Under the pieces are notes generated by a model. That model ran no database searches. It saw only the letters and a program-made list of their open reading frames with translations, and was not told the DNA's origin. DNA of 55,693 nucleotides from a virus (taxonomy: Duplodnaviria > Caudoviricetes). The stretch lies in IMG/VR virus record IMGVR_UViG_3300045120_000102, positions 1 to 55,693 of that record. One strand, given 5' to 3'. Made by a program: the position numbers and the translations under genes. Shown here piece by piece: positions 55,063 through 55,693 of this stretch (position 1 is the first letter of the stretch; every line of letters begins with the position of its first letter).

Positions 55063-55693
55063 GCTGACACCGCCTCAACCACATCGCCGAACCGATCCAC
55101 CTCAACACACCCGATAACGACCCGCCGCGCCTTCACCTTGTCTCCCAACGTGACAATCTCATCCAGGCGCACACCACATTTGACGAACCTCGCCTCATCA
55201 GCTGGGCAACCAAGGAATCCGAGCGACCTGAGTGGGTGGTCACAAAAATGCAGACCACGTCCGCAATCTCGCCAAGACGCATCCCAATCAGGTGCCTCAG
55301 GGGTCGAACCTGGCGAGTAATCAACTCCGCGGTCGGTCGTCCACTCCCGGGTAACCGCCTTGTACACGTAGGCGATGCCGTCTTCGACGGTCACCCCGTG
55401 GTATGCGCACCATTCGGCCGGATCGTTGAAATCAATGGCAGTGCAGTCGATGATGTGGCCGTCCCCGTTGATGGTTACTCGCTGCGACCAAAGGTGTACG
55501 GCAACATATTTGGACGCCTCGACACGGCTGGAGTCCCACGCCTCGACACGGCTGGAGTCCCGCGCCACGACACTGCTGGAGCCCCGCGCCACGACACGGC
55601 TGGAGCCCCACGCCACGACACGGCTGGAGTCCCACGCCACGACACTGCTGGAGTCCCACGCCACGACACGGCTGGAGCCCCACGCCTCGACAC
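55059..55693 (-). CDS. Octapeptide-repeat protein with conserved C-terminal domain, 5'-truncated
   Basis: AWDSSRVV/E repeats, then YKAV...Y.PG..PDW...CGRGLHF. Confidence 0.85.
   Translation of the reverse strand, partial: VEAWGSSRVVAWDSSSVVAWDSSRVVAWGSSRVVARGSSSVVARDSSRVEAWDSSRVEASKYVAVHLWSQRVTINGDGHIIDCTAIDFNDPAEWCAYHGVTVEDGIAYVYKAVTREWTTDRGVDYSPGSTPEAPDWDASWRDCGRGLHFCDHPLRSLGFLGCPADEARFVKCGVRLDEIVTLGDKVKARRVVIGCVEVDRFGDVVEAVSA
55515..55693. repeat. 24-bp tandem repeat (7+ copies) running to the window end
   Basis: cgcc(a/t)cgacac(g/t)gctggag(t/c)ccc(a/g) unit. Confidence 0.95.

Overview
The window is most or all of the genome of a GC-rich temperate siphovirus resembling a mycobacteriophage. 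It reads mainly on the minus strand and is permuted. Gene order along the minus strand: early/replication genes (55.7-42 kb), candidate cos (~41.4 kb), packaging HNH, terminase, portal, MuF-like protein, scaffold, capsid, neck, tail, tape measure, minor tail/fibre genes, lysis cassette (12.2-6.3 kb). A plus-strand repressor-integrase-membrane operon (4470-6186) faces a divergent cro/xis-antirepressor early operon that runs off the left edge. No host genes were recognised, and the repressor-integrase junction is unsplit, which suggests the virion or excised form. Best leads: (i) two lysis-cassette genes apparently starting at non-canonical ATT/ATC codons within a large array of membrane micropeptides; (ii) a covarying pseudoknot-like element just before the RBS of both terS and the scaffold gene; (iii) an integration-dependent immunity layout whose tRNA-derived attP looks decayed; (iv) a MuF C-terminal extension coupled to an Rmf-like gene; (v) six HNH-like genes, some sharing leader hairpins or an antisense insertion signature. 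All calls come from reading motifs by eye and from remembered family patterns. No searches were run.
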